Assembly: GCA_000934665.2 (NCBI GenBank) | Contig: KZ538398.1 | Location: forward strand, 1-64,000 | Direction of reading: 5' to 3' | DNA: 64,000 nucleotides | Source of the DNA: Catajapyx aquilonaris | Taxonomy: Eukaryota | Part shown: piece by piece, positions 39,367 to 52,279 of the stretch | Layout of the letters: every line of letters begins with the position of its first letter | Position numbering within the stretch: position 1 is the first letter of the stretch | The notes under the pieces: generated by a model | The model's database searches: none | Seen by the model: the letters and a program-made list of their open reading frames with translations, nothing else | What the model was told of the DNA's origin: nothing | Program-made: the position numbers and the translations under genes

Positions 39367-39882
39367 CTGTGTCGGGTATGGACACGGCTCCGGAGGTACA
39401 GCAGACGCCACGGAATAACGCTCTTGGAGGCCACCAACATAGCGCTCGGGAAGGTACGAGGACATAGAAACGGGTACCGGGTAGGGATCGGAGTTGGGCG
39501 GCCCAGAATTGGAAGAAGGGCCGGCCGATGCGGCTGCTACGGCTGCGGCTGCGGCTGCGGCAGCTGCAGCGGCAGCAGCGGCGGCTGCAGCTGCTGCTGC
39601 TGCGGCGGCCGAGGAGGATGAGGACGCAGACGTAGAGGAAGAGTGGCTTTTGGACAAGTATCGCCCTTCTGCTCCCGGTGGTGGAGGAGCCGGGAAGAGC
39701 AACCGGAGGTCCCTTTCTCTCTCCCGGCCATCCGGTGGCTCTCGCTCCCGTGGGCGCTCCCTCTCTCGGTCCCTCTCTCGGTCCCGCTCCCGGTCCCTCT
39801 CCCTGTCCCGATCCCGGTCTCGGTGCTGCAAAGATGAGGGCAGCCTGTCCCGACGCCCGTAATCTTCATCTGGGGCCTTCAT
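39367..39882 (-). CDS. First identifiable coding exon (RD/RE dipeptide tract, poly-Ser, poly-Ala)
   Basis: ATG in ACCATGA context at 39882, inside an exon whose acceptor tttgtttcttctctttcctcag| opens at 39916. Donor ACAG|gtacga is followed by a 62-nt phase-0 intron (39305-39366) that joins the two ORFs in frame. Confidence 0.85.
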
Positions 39883-42800
39883 GGTGACCGGGACGGGTCA
39901 CCATCTGTCAGGACATCTGAGGAAAGAGAAGAAACAAAGTGGGTTTGTGTTACTCCTGGGCACATTCCATCAATGTCGAGCTGCACTTGCACTCCTAAAT
40001 TACACTCTTCCCTTTTCGGGCGCAGTGCGGTGATGCAACGCTCTAAATGCTTTCGCTGGATTCGAACCATGAAGATGCCACCTCCTTGTTGACAAGCAAC
40101 TACACTTCGGTTACGGAAAGTGCACTTTTGTCTTCAGGGTCTTTCAATGGGACATGATAATAGCTTACTTAAAAGCTGACATACAGTATGGGTTATATTT
40201 TATTACATTAGCGGCATTTTATGCGCTACAGAATACAATGTATGAAAATAATGCAGAGCCAGGTATTCAAGTATTTCTATCAGTAATATTAGGGAAATAT
40301 TCTAACAAAATGTATACAGAGCAGCAATTGGTTGCAGGGGTCAAAGGCTCTTTTTATTTAAAAATTTATATGATCCGGCAAGCCTATGGTACTGTACATG
40401 TACTGATGGTGTAGAGCAGCAGTTAAGCAGAGAAGTGGTGGTATTCGACCTCTGATTATGAGGGACTATAGTAATGGGATGAGCATATGAAAATCTGCAG
40501 TAAAATTGCTTGTTCACGGATTGCTGTCCAGGCAGGCTGAATAGTTCTGGTACAGTAAAAGCTATGACGGATTTTTAAAATAGGGATCTGAATGACACAA
40601 TTTAGACTATTAACAGTACTAAATGCCGAGTTCCACCAGCACAAAATGGGTGCGCCATGACAAAAAATGCGCAAGCAAAGTTGCACAAATACCTGTACAA
40701 ATTATGTACGATCAGTACAAGATGTTGAACCTTTTGTGTTCATCGACAAAAATGAAATATTTGAAATACCTAATGCTAAACTTATTATATTTTGGAGTCA
40801 TTTCTAAAAACTATCATGCGATGATCTCCGTAATGTAACTGAAAAATTCTAACTCTCAACTATAGAAATTTGATCCCAAAAAAACTTCATCGGAGATTTT
40901 TGACCACCCTGTATATATGCTCTGTAACAAGGCCAAAGTTGCGCATAATACAGCTAGAATCCCCTCCTAGGTCATGATGTAACTTACTGCAGTTGATAAC
41001 TTATCTCCCTAGTGCAATCTCGATGCAGTATGTGCTGTGAGGGTGGGGAGTTGTTACATACTGAGGGCCCATCGTGTATGAAAGCAAGGTAGGGAAATTT
41101 TATAGTCGTGTGTACAGGCATTCGCAATACATAACCAGCATAATCAAAGATTTCCTCCTTAATAATGTTTAAATATCGAAGATAATATATTATGACATCA
41201 CAGTATCACACACACAGTAGTGTGGGTGGAATAACTCGCAGGATAATCCCTGTGGCAATTACAGTCGTCGAGTGAGCATTAAATCTTAGAATTGCCTTTT
41301 ATATAGGCCTAAACATCCGAGAAAAACCTACACAATGTCGAAACCTGTACGGCATGAGATAATGGAATACAGTGTAAGCCGCCTTAGCCCTCAGGAATAT
41401 CCCTGGCGCACGACAAAAAGGTGGAAAAGGCTAGGCCTAAAAGCTCGTCATGTCATATAACTTCAAGATGAGCACCAATTTTCTTGATCGATGCTACTAC
41501 CGGTTAGGGGCTCCTTCATTGCCCACCCACAAACTTTTACCTCCTCTCCCCTCAAGAAACCAAAGACAACAGTATTACTCCCCAACAGATCAACTCTGTA
41601 TACCAAGTGACACCATCGCAACCGGCAAACCTGCCCTTATAATTTATCTATCCGGCTGCCTTCCTCTTGCAAAATTAACCCGAATTCTGCGGAGACAGTC
41701 TCGTTATTACGGACGACAAGGCAATGTTTCACCTGACTATAAAGTTGCCATTTGTTACTAGCTCACGGGGGGTGCTTGCCGTCTTTCTGCTTGCTGCCTC
41801 ATTACATTTCTCTTTGTGCAGATCATTGACTTTCTTTGTCTTAGAAGTTCGATGAGGATCTTCTCGAACGAAACTGTAACATCATGAGCTGTCAGATTCT
41901 GAAAATCATTGTAGACAGCCATGGCTTGAGCGCAACATAGAACGGAAGTATGATGCTGACAATACCAGTAAGTTTTTGTTCCATTTGATGTGCAGTGTTT
42001 CAAGAGCACGACACTGAGATGCAATGCAACATGCTTGCTTATGAATGTTACTCTAGAAAGTACAGCCTCAAGGTCTCGTTTCCAGTGGCTGGGAAATCTG
42101 GTCTGCTCACTTCCTTTCTCCTTGGTTGTCCTTCTGGCTCACCCTGCTCTTGGCATTCCTCATACAATCATAGCGCCATGTAATCCGGTTGCTGCCAACT
42201 AATGTAAGGTGCCTGTCATGGGCCAACATGCCCCGAACATCTCGTTTGCTTTCACGCACAGAAACTTTATAGTGACATATGCAAAGAGCTTGACGACTGT
42301 ATATGTCAGCAGTGACTGGAACGTAATTCTCTTCTGATTGTTCAGTGTCAGCGATTTTTATTGTTTTGTGTGACACAAAGCTGGATTTTCAGAACGGACT
42401 GAATTTATTTCACTTCCTGTAAAATTGCGCCAGATTTTGCCTTCAGGGGGGTCCGGTATAAAAATTGCATTTGCCTTATTGATCAGAGAGCCATTCTGCA
42501 GTAAGAAGGTCATTCCTAGCGTTCCCAATTCCTTTTGCGGTTTCGCCGTTGTCACCGAAACATTTCGAACTTCTTCATTTGTCTGGCCTTTTTTTAAACC
42601 CCACTGCACCAAACGGACAGGAGACTTAATAATTTAAGGCATATTTACAGAGACAATGCTGCCAGCTCTAAGTCTCCCGACCTCTCCTCTATGCATGAAA
42701 TTGGGCAGGTCACGTCCAGTAATATCTACTAAGCCATCAATGTAACGCTACTCAACCTGAAACATGCTTAATAATTCCAAGGTTCTCAAGCATCAATCCG

Positions 42801-45800
42801 CGAATAAGTGAAGGAACATTGACTGTTACGAATATGCCTCATATTCCAATTCATGTTATCATGTATTCCGCATACTTCCAGTACGCTCCAGCATTCCAGC
42901 TACATAATAATCGGCCTAGTTGACGCTTCTGCGCAAAATATTCACACAGACTAATCATGGGAATGGTATTGATCTTTTCCAGCAGGGCCGTGGCGGCAGC
43001 AGCTAAAGTACACTCGTACCCAAACGACAATGAAACCCCTTTCCTCCTAACAATCGACTGACCCCCATTGCTAGTATGACCTCAGCTGACTCTGAGGTCA
43101 AAATGTCTCTAACCCAGTCTATAATTGCAGCCATTAGAAATGGGGGGTTGCACGTACTAAAATGTGTCCCAAACTGGTCGTGTGCAATTTCATGACCCAA
43201 CCGCCGTGTATGTACTTCTAGCAGCGCTTGCAAGCATAGCTGGAGCCCAACTTATTGTTGACTCTGTCCGAGATGGAATCCGGAGTCCGGTGATGAAGCT
43301 TTTTCAGCGTGTGGACTTGGGATTAGGCGGTAATGTGTCAGAGGGAAGTAGTGTACAAACACTCGATGCTTAGGTGCATGTATGGGTGCGAAATCTAGCT
43401 AGGGCAAATCGTGCGTGTCAAAGACCTGTGATTGCCAATTTACCCTCCGCCTTTAATTTACAGGCGGAACTAAGAGACATGCACTTGGCTCTCTCTAAAA
43501 ATAGCCGGAACCAATGACCCCCCCACCGTTGGCCTGAAACAAGGTGCAGGATGCACGAGCATTAAAATGCTATTGCCCATAACTTGTGTGAGCTGTGCAA
43601 TATGACAATGGCTTCCCAATAACCCTGGCAGTAACGACAGTGTCGCCGTATAGGCCACAGCTGGAACAGCTGTGGCCTATACGGCGACACTGCATGGCTG
43701 TCCAAAACCCCCTAGTTTCCAAGCAAGTGTTGGGCAGCAATGGCGTCACTGTGACGTACTGGGATGACGTACGTCCCGCAGTGGAACTGCAATTAGAGCC
43801 GAGGTTCTGACATAGGTCCACTAAGCAGCACCTGTTGCCAAATCTCCGTGTTCGGAAATTTTTTGGGGGCCTTCCAGATCAGGACGGCCATTGCGCATCA
43901 AGTGCCGCAGCGGCCATGCACGCACTGCCACATGAAACATGCACATAAATTAGGTTACTGGTACACGCGCGCAAAATACCTGCCGGTCTACATGGGCGTC
44001 ATGCAAACACGCCTACGGTTACTTCTCGCACTGTTGCAAGGTCAAGCTCTTTCAAGCCTGTCCCAACACTCCGGAGACAGTCGCCTTAACACTGGGCATC
44101 AACTGAAATGACCTTCGCATGCTCCTTCAGAGCATCTCCTCGACATGCGCTGTCTATACATCTCTAGAGGTAGGTTGATTCAAAAAGTCGCAGGGGCCAA
44201 CCCTCCAAAAAAAAACTGGCTGAAGAGAAGCCCAAATCCATGTCTTTTTGGATTCTGTCCAGAAAAGACTGCAGCTTTCCAAATTCCCGAACCAGGACCC
44301 AACCCAACGACGCAATTGTCATCAAAGTTGGCCCAGACTCCTATTAGAACACGTGCCCAAATCAAAGGTTACCCTGACTCAGAAGGGCTACCCAAGAGCC
44401 TCTCTTGCGCACCGGTTTGCCTACATCCAGGCGCTAAGTACCTATATCGTTGAGGTCGAGCCCAAAGTGTCTGAACCTATACATTGTAAGAAGCAATTGC
44501 GTGTGCACATCACGTCTCAGCGACTAAGGCTTATTTTGTAAGTCATCGGTTTCTTTCCTCGACGCCGCGCATACACAAAGGCATCCTAGAGCTTCAAAAT
44601 GCCGCACCAGGTTCTTTCCCATTTTGCATACAAGTGGACTGAAGCATTCCGAACGGTATCAAGTAATCCCACAAAGTCAGCGTCAAAGGGAGTGTGTAGC
44701 AACGCAGTGGCAGGCGGTGATGGAGAGCTGGCCACATAGAGGGACAAATAATGACGACAACAACAACCACAGGGGAGGGCAATCTTTCAGGGGGTATAGT
44801 ATGCCCTATGCACGTGTTTGTAAATTGTTCCCAGGCCCAAATGAGGCCGTGTCTATCAAAGCTTGGGGAGGGGTGGGAGGGCTGGAGGTGGGTTCATAAA
44901 ATTGCGCATCATTTGCAAAACGCGTGGGGCCGCGCGTGACAGGGAAAGGTCAATGCGGCAGTATATGACCCCAGTCACGACTTGATGGCCTGAAAGAGAC
45001 TTCTAGTTGTCAAAACAGCCAGACCGTACGTCTCTCTATTGGATTTGCAGCAGGCGGATGTAGGGGTATGAAAAATGCTTGTGCCATGCTGGCCACACCT
45101 ATACTGCAATAACGCGTAAATAAAGCACTAGCATGGGGCCATTCGAATGATTTACGTGTACCTCTCCCTGATGCCAGTACAGGACTGGAGCACTGGTGGT
45201 GGGGGGACCGCAACAATGTCGTCATGCTATAATTATGAATCCGATAGCCCCAGCTCCTATTCATGAGGTACTCTCGACAGCTTTAACGGATCTCAATTAC
45301 ATGCCAATGCACTCGCTTCATATGCCAATGGATCCGATTGAAATGTGAAGAGGAGACGTTGATAGACTGCAGTCAGCGGATTTGGTGTTGGCCAAACATG
45401 AGAATCCCACTTGGCAGCCAATCGAATGTCGACTCTGAAAATACCACCCCCTTCTCCCATTGCCAGCAATTAGCATTAATGTATTGTGTTTCGTTGCAGA
45501 AAAACGACGAGAAAACAGCACCGAAAGGGACCGGTTCGACAGGGGGTGGCATGCAATTACCTTGTAAATAATGCACAACACTAGTGCCAAAATGTGAACA
45601 CCTCTGTAAAAGTTTCAGAACCCGCTAAATGATCCAAAAGTTCCAAGTTGGAACATTAGAGTTCAGGGGGAGTGCGGTGCAATTATGGAACTTTCCCGTT
45701 AGCCTGCGCTCTCCTTATTAAATGAACCTTGATTGCACCAGTAAATATAGCATGTTCACACGTGCAGAAATGACATCCGCAGTCGAGCTTGTCACTCGAT

Positions 45801-48800
45801 ACGGAAACCGTGATCCCTAGAAATGACAAAAGGCCAAGTGAAGCCAATTGCAAAGGTGATCTACTTTCCACTTTTGCCCACAAAATATATGGCCTCCGAT
45901 CTCTTTGATCCTGGTCCTTGTCTGACAACTCAAGCTGAAAAAAAAATTCCCGTCCGTTGGATCCTAATTTCCATAAGGCTTCCTGGAATTGCTCCGAAGA
46001 CGTCCCTTTTTCTTTCTTTCCTATCGCTCTCACATATAGTATGGATGCACATTTTGCTCAGGATTACTGCCGGCCTTAATATCAAAGGATCCTCCCCTCC
46101 CAGTTTCCTCTCAGATGGTTTCGGCCCTGCAGCATGTTCAACCATTGGCTTTCGCGAACGAGGCCACAGCCGCAAAGATGAAACACGTCCGGTTTTCAGA
46201 GCATCAGCGACCCGTGACGTCACAGGTCGCTGGCCAAGGTGTACTGTACACTACCGCAAGCGCCGGCGCATGTTTGAACATCCAATCGTATGACTTCATT
46301 AACCAAACCTGTAAATTGCTCCCAAATCCAGGACAGGTAAATAGCAGCAGTACTCAATTATGCCTATTTTAACCCTTCCATCATTTTTACAGTAGTCAAA
46401 AATGACCTGTCCAAGCAATTCATTAAGGTAAATCCCCAGGTTGACAAGGGATTAGAGGCGAAAAAAAAATCCAACTCCAACCAGGCCGTTTTGAGAAATT
46501 TTATATCCTAGTTATAGTGTGGACATGCCCATACGATGACCCCTTTTTGTGCAAATAGGTTGGGATATAGGTAGTACGTGCAATTCTCACGCAGGTCGAA
46601 AGCGAGTCAACTGCAACCTAGAATGCCAATCACGAAGCCTCAACCTGTGCTGACTCCAAAGAGCATTTAATAGGGCTCTCCTCGTCCAGAACCACCCCCT
46701 GGATGAAATGCGTCCAGAGGAGCCAAAGGCCCTTGGGCCCCTCTCTGACCCGCCTCCCAAAAGGGGATCGACATCACAACCCAAAAATCACTCTTTCGCC
46801 CCATTCGACCACCCCCTCTACATTGTCTCGTCCCGAAGAAGTAGCTTTTCATAAGACACTTGATCCACTTGGTGGGTTACGTGAAAGCCACTTAGCGTCT
46901 CACTTTACTAGTAAAAGCCTTTTCTATTCATAACGTATCATATTTTTTTTTTACTTAGTTTTGTACATAGTCAGCAGGGGCGTGCCCTCTATTTGGATGG
47001 TCTTATTTTGAGTCAGCGACGAAAAGCAACTGGCATACAGGAGGATTTGGGTTCCAGTGGGCAGGAGCGGAATTCCTGATCTTCCATGCAGGTTCATCGA
47101 TTCTGCCGAGGAAGAACCGTTGCCAGGACTCCAATCGTCCACGACCGCCCAAACTTTTTTATTCGGCTTTGAGCCTGCTTTTTTTTTTTACCAAAACAGT
47201 GTTTTTTTGCAGAAGGGCGGGGTCGAAGAGTGGTGAGACACCCAGTGGTTGTTGCTGATGGGGAAAGCGGCCCATTTTGTTTGTGGTTCGCAGTATGCGT
47301 GGGTGTGAGGTTTTAGAACCTGAGAGGCTTATTTTTAAATAATTCAAATCATAAACACAATGCGACATCCTCAAAAACCACTGCTTTTTTTTAATCATAC
47401 GGAATCCAAACTGCACTGCAGCAGTGTTAAAATAACAGTTATATGCACCAGTTGTAATAAGAGCAGGTGCGCCGCCATTTTGAGCAAGTTGCGACCATTC
47501 TGCGCCAAACCTTACTTTGGACTGCAGCCTACCAGCACAATGCGGCACCAATACCACATGATAAAAATCACCCCTCCGACAGCAAATCAAATGAATGCGT
47601 TAGATTACGCTACCCGGACCATGTCGAAGGTCCTACTTTTTTTTTTTGTATGTTCAAGTCTGGCAAGGCTGGAGTTACGTTGGCGGGTCGAAGTGGAAAT
47701 GGCTCTTCAAGTCTGGAGGAAGGTGGCTTCTAGAATTGAGAATGTGTGTTGCTAGGAGGACCAGTAGACAAGGTAAAAATTGGTGGCTATTCTGCAGTTG
47801 AGGCATCATGGCGACCCTCATCTTTTCAGGACAACAAAAGCGAAACCGCTCAAGTTGCCAATATTGGAACGACGTGCTTGGAAGCCAGCCTAACTCTAAT
47901 CACCATCCACCTCTTGGGATTTGAAGAAACACCTTCCTTTCCTGCACACTAAAAAAAACCTGCAGGGATCTGCAGTATAGGAATTGTTCAATCTGCAGAC
48001 TATTTTATTCATAGAGCAGGACAGGAAAGCGAGGAATAGAGTTGTGATCCCCTTTTTTATATATAAACGAATTGCATTGTCTTCTGGTTACAACTCTGCT
48101 GCAGTCCATTCGAAAGAGGACGTTTAGTATATCCTGGGCCCTGCGCTACATTTGGAAATAGGAAATGTTTTACCTGCGGGCATGTTGGGTAAAATGGAAA
48201 AAAAAATTTTGAGCAATTAATTAGAGAACAGTCTGAAAGCTTAGCGCCCGAGGAAAAATATTGCAAAGCTTTTCATTTAATTTTTAATTTTCACTTTTTA
48301 TCTGGCACGTACACAGGGTGGTCAGTAACTTCCGACTGGTATGCAAATTTTTGTCCGAATACATCATTACGACCTAAAATTTTGATAACTTTCCCACATT
48401 AATATTCGAAATGTTCTGAACGTTCCAACTACAAGTTGTGAGTACGATAACAGTATTATTTTCTGCAATTCCCAAGGAAATTATATATAGGCCTATTCAG
48501 TTATGCCACACACCTTTCCAGCCAAAAGGAATTTTGGTCTTTGAATACGTCTAGACCTACCTATCATGAGGAGTACTTACCACCATGCACGTAAAGTAAA
48601 CTACTGGATATGGATAAGTTATATGCCCAATTATGCAGGGTGCGCGACATTACTGAAGCGAGCACTGCATATTAAGCAGTTGTTTCAAAGCGGAAGTTAT
48701 ATTACTATTGCATGGTATAGCCCCAAGTTCCCAAGAAAAAATAGTATCCGTACCATATACTATAGTCACCTATAATATTGCAGACAATCTGCAACGAATT

Positions 48801-50627
48801 TCATTTCGTGGTGTCCAAGTGTTCTAATTCGGTACAATCCAATCTTAGAACTTTAAGAATTATTGGAACTTCTCCCTAACATTATGGGCGATATAGTAAA
48901 TATGCAAACCTGATACCGTTCCCCCTCATGACTAGGCAGGCTATAAACAGCTTCCTATACACCACTGCATAAAATATACATTGGGTGACACTGAGCTTCG
49001 ATCCAGCCACACCCTGTATACTTTACCTACATTTAGCATGTTTGCCTAAACTGTCCTCCCACATGAACTAGCCAGGTCCAAAAAAAAATGTTGAAAGTGA
49101 TTATTTTTACTGAGCATGATTATAATACTTGGAGGGGTGAGAGCTTTGAGTACACATGACCCAAATGTAGTTCAATTGGGCGAAAGCTATTTCCTTTGGA
49201 AGTGGCGAAATGGCCGACAAATTTTGTCGTAATGGAAATCATTTCGTAGACAAGTACTGGCGGTCTGGAAGGTCTTCAAATTACTCGTTTCTCCTGAAGC
49301 AGCCTCTTCAGATAAAATGTAACGCTGAAGCCATTTAGATTCGACTTATCTCGGATTTTACTGCATTTACTGCACGAGTAGTGGCTCCAATAGAAAAGGT
49401 ACTAAGCTTAACTGCTATATAGAACTTGGATTCTGCTAATTGTTTTATAATAACAGATTTGATGTGTAAAGTGTGCAAAGTTCTAAGAATTCGTTTGAAA
49501 AAGGTATTCCAATAATTTTTGTTTGTAAACTAGTGAAATTGCTAGAGTTGGACATGTACAGATTAACAATAGTAATCTCGGTACTTTTTGTAGCCGAACT
49601 TTGTTTCCAAAGAAAGACTGCAACGCGCAGTTGTCAAAGTGGATCGCCCAATTTTTACGGTATTTTTTTACGGAGTGGCGGAGGTAGGAGAGGGTGGGAG
49701 AGTTGAAGGTTGGATAAATATCCCCTGGGGGAACTCCCAGCCTTTGACGGTATAGTTTCACAAGATGAATTAATCAAGGCGAGGAAAGTTTCCCAGCAAA
49801 TATCCAATGTTCGGAGACGTTGAAACCAATAGTTTGTTCTCTCCCCCCTACCCCTCCACCCCACCCCATCCTACCCTGCAAATTGTTGAAATAGTATCCG
49901 GCTCATCCAAGACAATAAAGAAACACCACCACCACATCGTGTCAATGAATGTATCGCATAATTCTTTTAGTCAATAGTGAAAAGACAGATATAACTTTGG
50001 CCAAATGGAATTTGTTCAAGTCAACTAGCACCTGTAAATTTTCAGAGTCAAACTGTGCTAACATCCAAACCCCAGAAAGTTCCAGACTTGGCCATTTTTT
50101 CCCCTGCCAGCAGGAAAGCTTGCCAAAGATTGCGCTGACGGTTGTCTAGCTCAGCACATTCGTCAACCGCAACGTGAACCTTTCAAATAATGGTGTGGAA
50201 ATGCTAATCCACACATTGATTTTGTGTGAAACTACTGAAACTAGAAAATCTCTTTCGTGCTGGACCTGCTCTGCATCCTAGTCAGAACCTTGTCCGAAAT
50301 GTTTCATCAGTTGGAGTGTGATCAGGTTTTGCATGGGTAAAGGATAGAAATATCTTGAGATAAGTATTACTGTAATTTGTGAGAACACCCACGTTGAGGC
50401 GCCAAATGTGAGGTTGACTTCCTCCGGTCATCCCTCTGACCCCGCAAGGTCACTCAGGGTCGTGGTCGTGGTCCAATAATACAACATGTATGGAGCAACC
50501 GTTTATTAGACTAGCCCGCATCGCAGGCCACAACACGACTGAATCATACAAAATTCTCCCCCATGTCCCCCACCCAGGCGACAGCAGGCCATCTGGTGAT
50601 CGGACGTCACAGCAAATTTTATAAGAT

Positions 50628-50874
50628 TATTTATTTATATTTACCCCATTGGGAGAATCGGCGCTCCATTAGGGGGGTGGAATACCACCGCTCAATTTTT
50701 CTGAAATTTTTCTACACACATGGGGATAGGGATAGGGATAGGGAGGGAAGGAAGCGGCTGTGGCCTATTATATACGGAAGCTACCCCGGAATTATCCTGG
50801 GAGGACCGTGGAAAACCACAGAATACCACGCTCAGGATCGCCGGCCCCGGGAATCGAACCCAGGACCTCCGGTT
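50628..50874 (-). mobile_element. 5'-truncated tRNA-derived SINE
   Basis: B box GGTTCGATTCC, body GTGGTTTTCCACGGTCC...CCGGGGTAGC...AGGCCACAGCCGCTTCCTTCC, and a 14-bp TSD aaattttataagat at 50614-50627 and 50875-50888. Confidence 0.85.
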
Positions 50875-51859
50875 AAATTTTATAAGATATTGTCCGGTCA
50901 AGCATTATGAGACAGGCTGCGTACGGTACTGGCCATGATTATACCATGGTGCGTACGATGAAGTTTTGGTCTCACGGTAGTTTAAGCTACATGTAAACGT
51001 ATGTAAACATAGAGCACCGTAAGTTTGAGCATGTACTGTATGGTATTGCAAAAACATCTATCATTCTCGTTTTGTCAAAAGTGGTAGGAAACGTTTAGCA
51101 TATCTTCCATATAATTATGTAGAATACACATGGTAAACCGTTCCGACATGGAACATGGCTGTGCCACTAGTGAACAATCATCTACACTGCATAATTTTTA
51201 ACACGTGGCGTTGTTTCCATTCCAGGAAGTTCTAGGTAATTATTAACCGGTTTCAAATTGCAGTATAGAGCAATATTTTTGAAGCTTCAAACTATACGGG
51301 GAAAGAATTACTTTATAATTCCTACAGTTAATCAGCAATTTAAATATGCCCTCATACATACGCTGGATTGCAGAGTTTATCATAATGATGATCAGAAAAA
51401 GAAATGGTTGGCCATAGGAAATTTCCTGCATATATGGCACAGTAGTATCGTATAGCGCTGAGACTACGTCATCACTAGTTGAGAAAAAAACAGGTCCACA
51501 TACTCCTACCGTATCCATATAGTCTGATCAACTCAGTCTATGGCAGTGGGTCTATAACTTTTTTGACCGCGCTCTTTACGAGGGCTGCAAAAGCCCCCTT
51601 GGCCCACTCAAGCATAGATCAACCAGCCTCATGAGGCAGCGCTGACCCACAACCTTATATGAATAGCACCACCTTACACCAACCAAAATGCGATAACTTG
51701 GGGGTGATAAGACGCTCGAGAGGGAACAGAGTTGTCATGTCTTGCATATGATGAAAGGTATCACCGAAATTATCATATGCAAAACATTTCCGCTGCTTTG
51801 TGAAGGTCTTATCGCATTAAGTTATCGCATTTGAATTGATGTAGTATAATAATACGTAA

Positions 51860-52070
51860 GATTAATAATAATAATCCGTGCATTAAGGGGATACCCGACT
51901 TGATTCAATTGCTGCGCTGTTGGTGGATTTAAAATTTCTAAAATGGGAAAACACCGAGAAAACCCACACGAACACGGAGAGAACATATGGAAACTCTTTC
52001 CAAAGAAAAAAATCATTCGTTCGATCCGGGGATCGAACGCGGTTCTTCCGAGGTGGAAGGGTGTGACCAT
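51860..52070 (-). mobile_element. tRNA-derived SINE with V-domain-like central block
   Basis: B-box-like CGTTCGATCCCC, then GAGTTTCCATATGTTCTCTCCGTGTTCGTGTGGGTTTTCTCGGTG and an (ATT)n tail. Confidence 0.6.
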
Positions 52071-52110
52071 GGTTATAGAAGACTCAGGTTAGGTCACTCC
52101 CCACCCACCC

Positions 52111-52279
52111 CCTGCCGATAGGTTTTGCAGCGGGCGACGGCCATGTTGGGCCCACATGTAGCGCTTCCCTTTTGTACCTATAAAGTTCAGCCTACTCCGG
52201 TAGGGTCGCCACATAATTGCTCTGGGAAATGTCTCATGGCGGTCTCAGGTGAGCACCCGCTGCAAAACCCCTCGGCAGG
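52111..52279. mobile_element. Small MITE
   Basis: Inverted ends cctgccgataggttttgcagcggg / cccgctgcaaaacccctcggcagg. Confidence 0.6.

Noticed and set aside
36027..39882. Assigning a gene symbol (known transcription factor or splicing regulator)
   Set aside because: No DNA-binding, RRM or other domain is visible, and homopolymers alone are not diagnostic.
39424..39887. Plus-strand RS-rich ORF suggesting an SR or transformer-like protein
   Set aside because: It is the reverse complement of the RD/RE tract and has no plus-strand exon structure.
45683..46372. Overlapping 100-156 aa ORFs as upstream exons
   Set aside because: No recognisable protein features and no clear donor compatible with the 39916 acceptor.
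48315..49016. Tc1-like element from CAGGGTG at 48315 to CACCCTG near 49016 (also a lone end near 40911)
   Set aside because: Only ~7 terminal bases pair. These are probably unrelated transposon ends and cannot be delimited.
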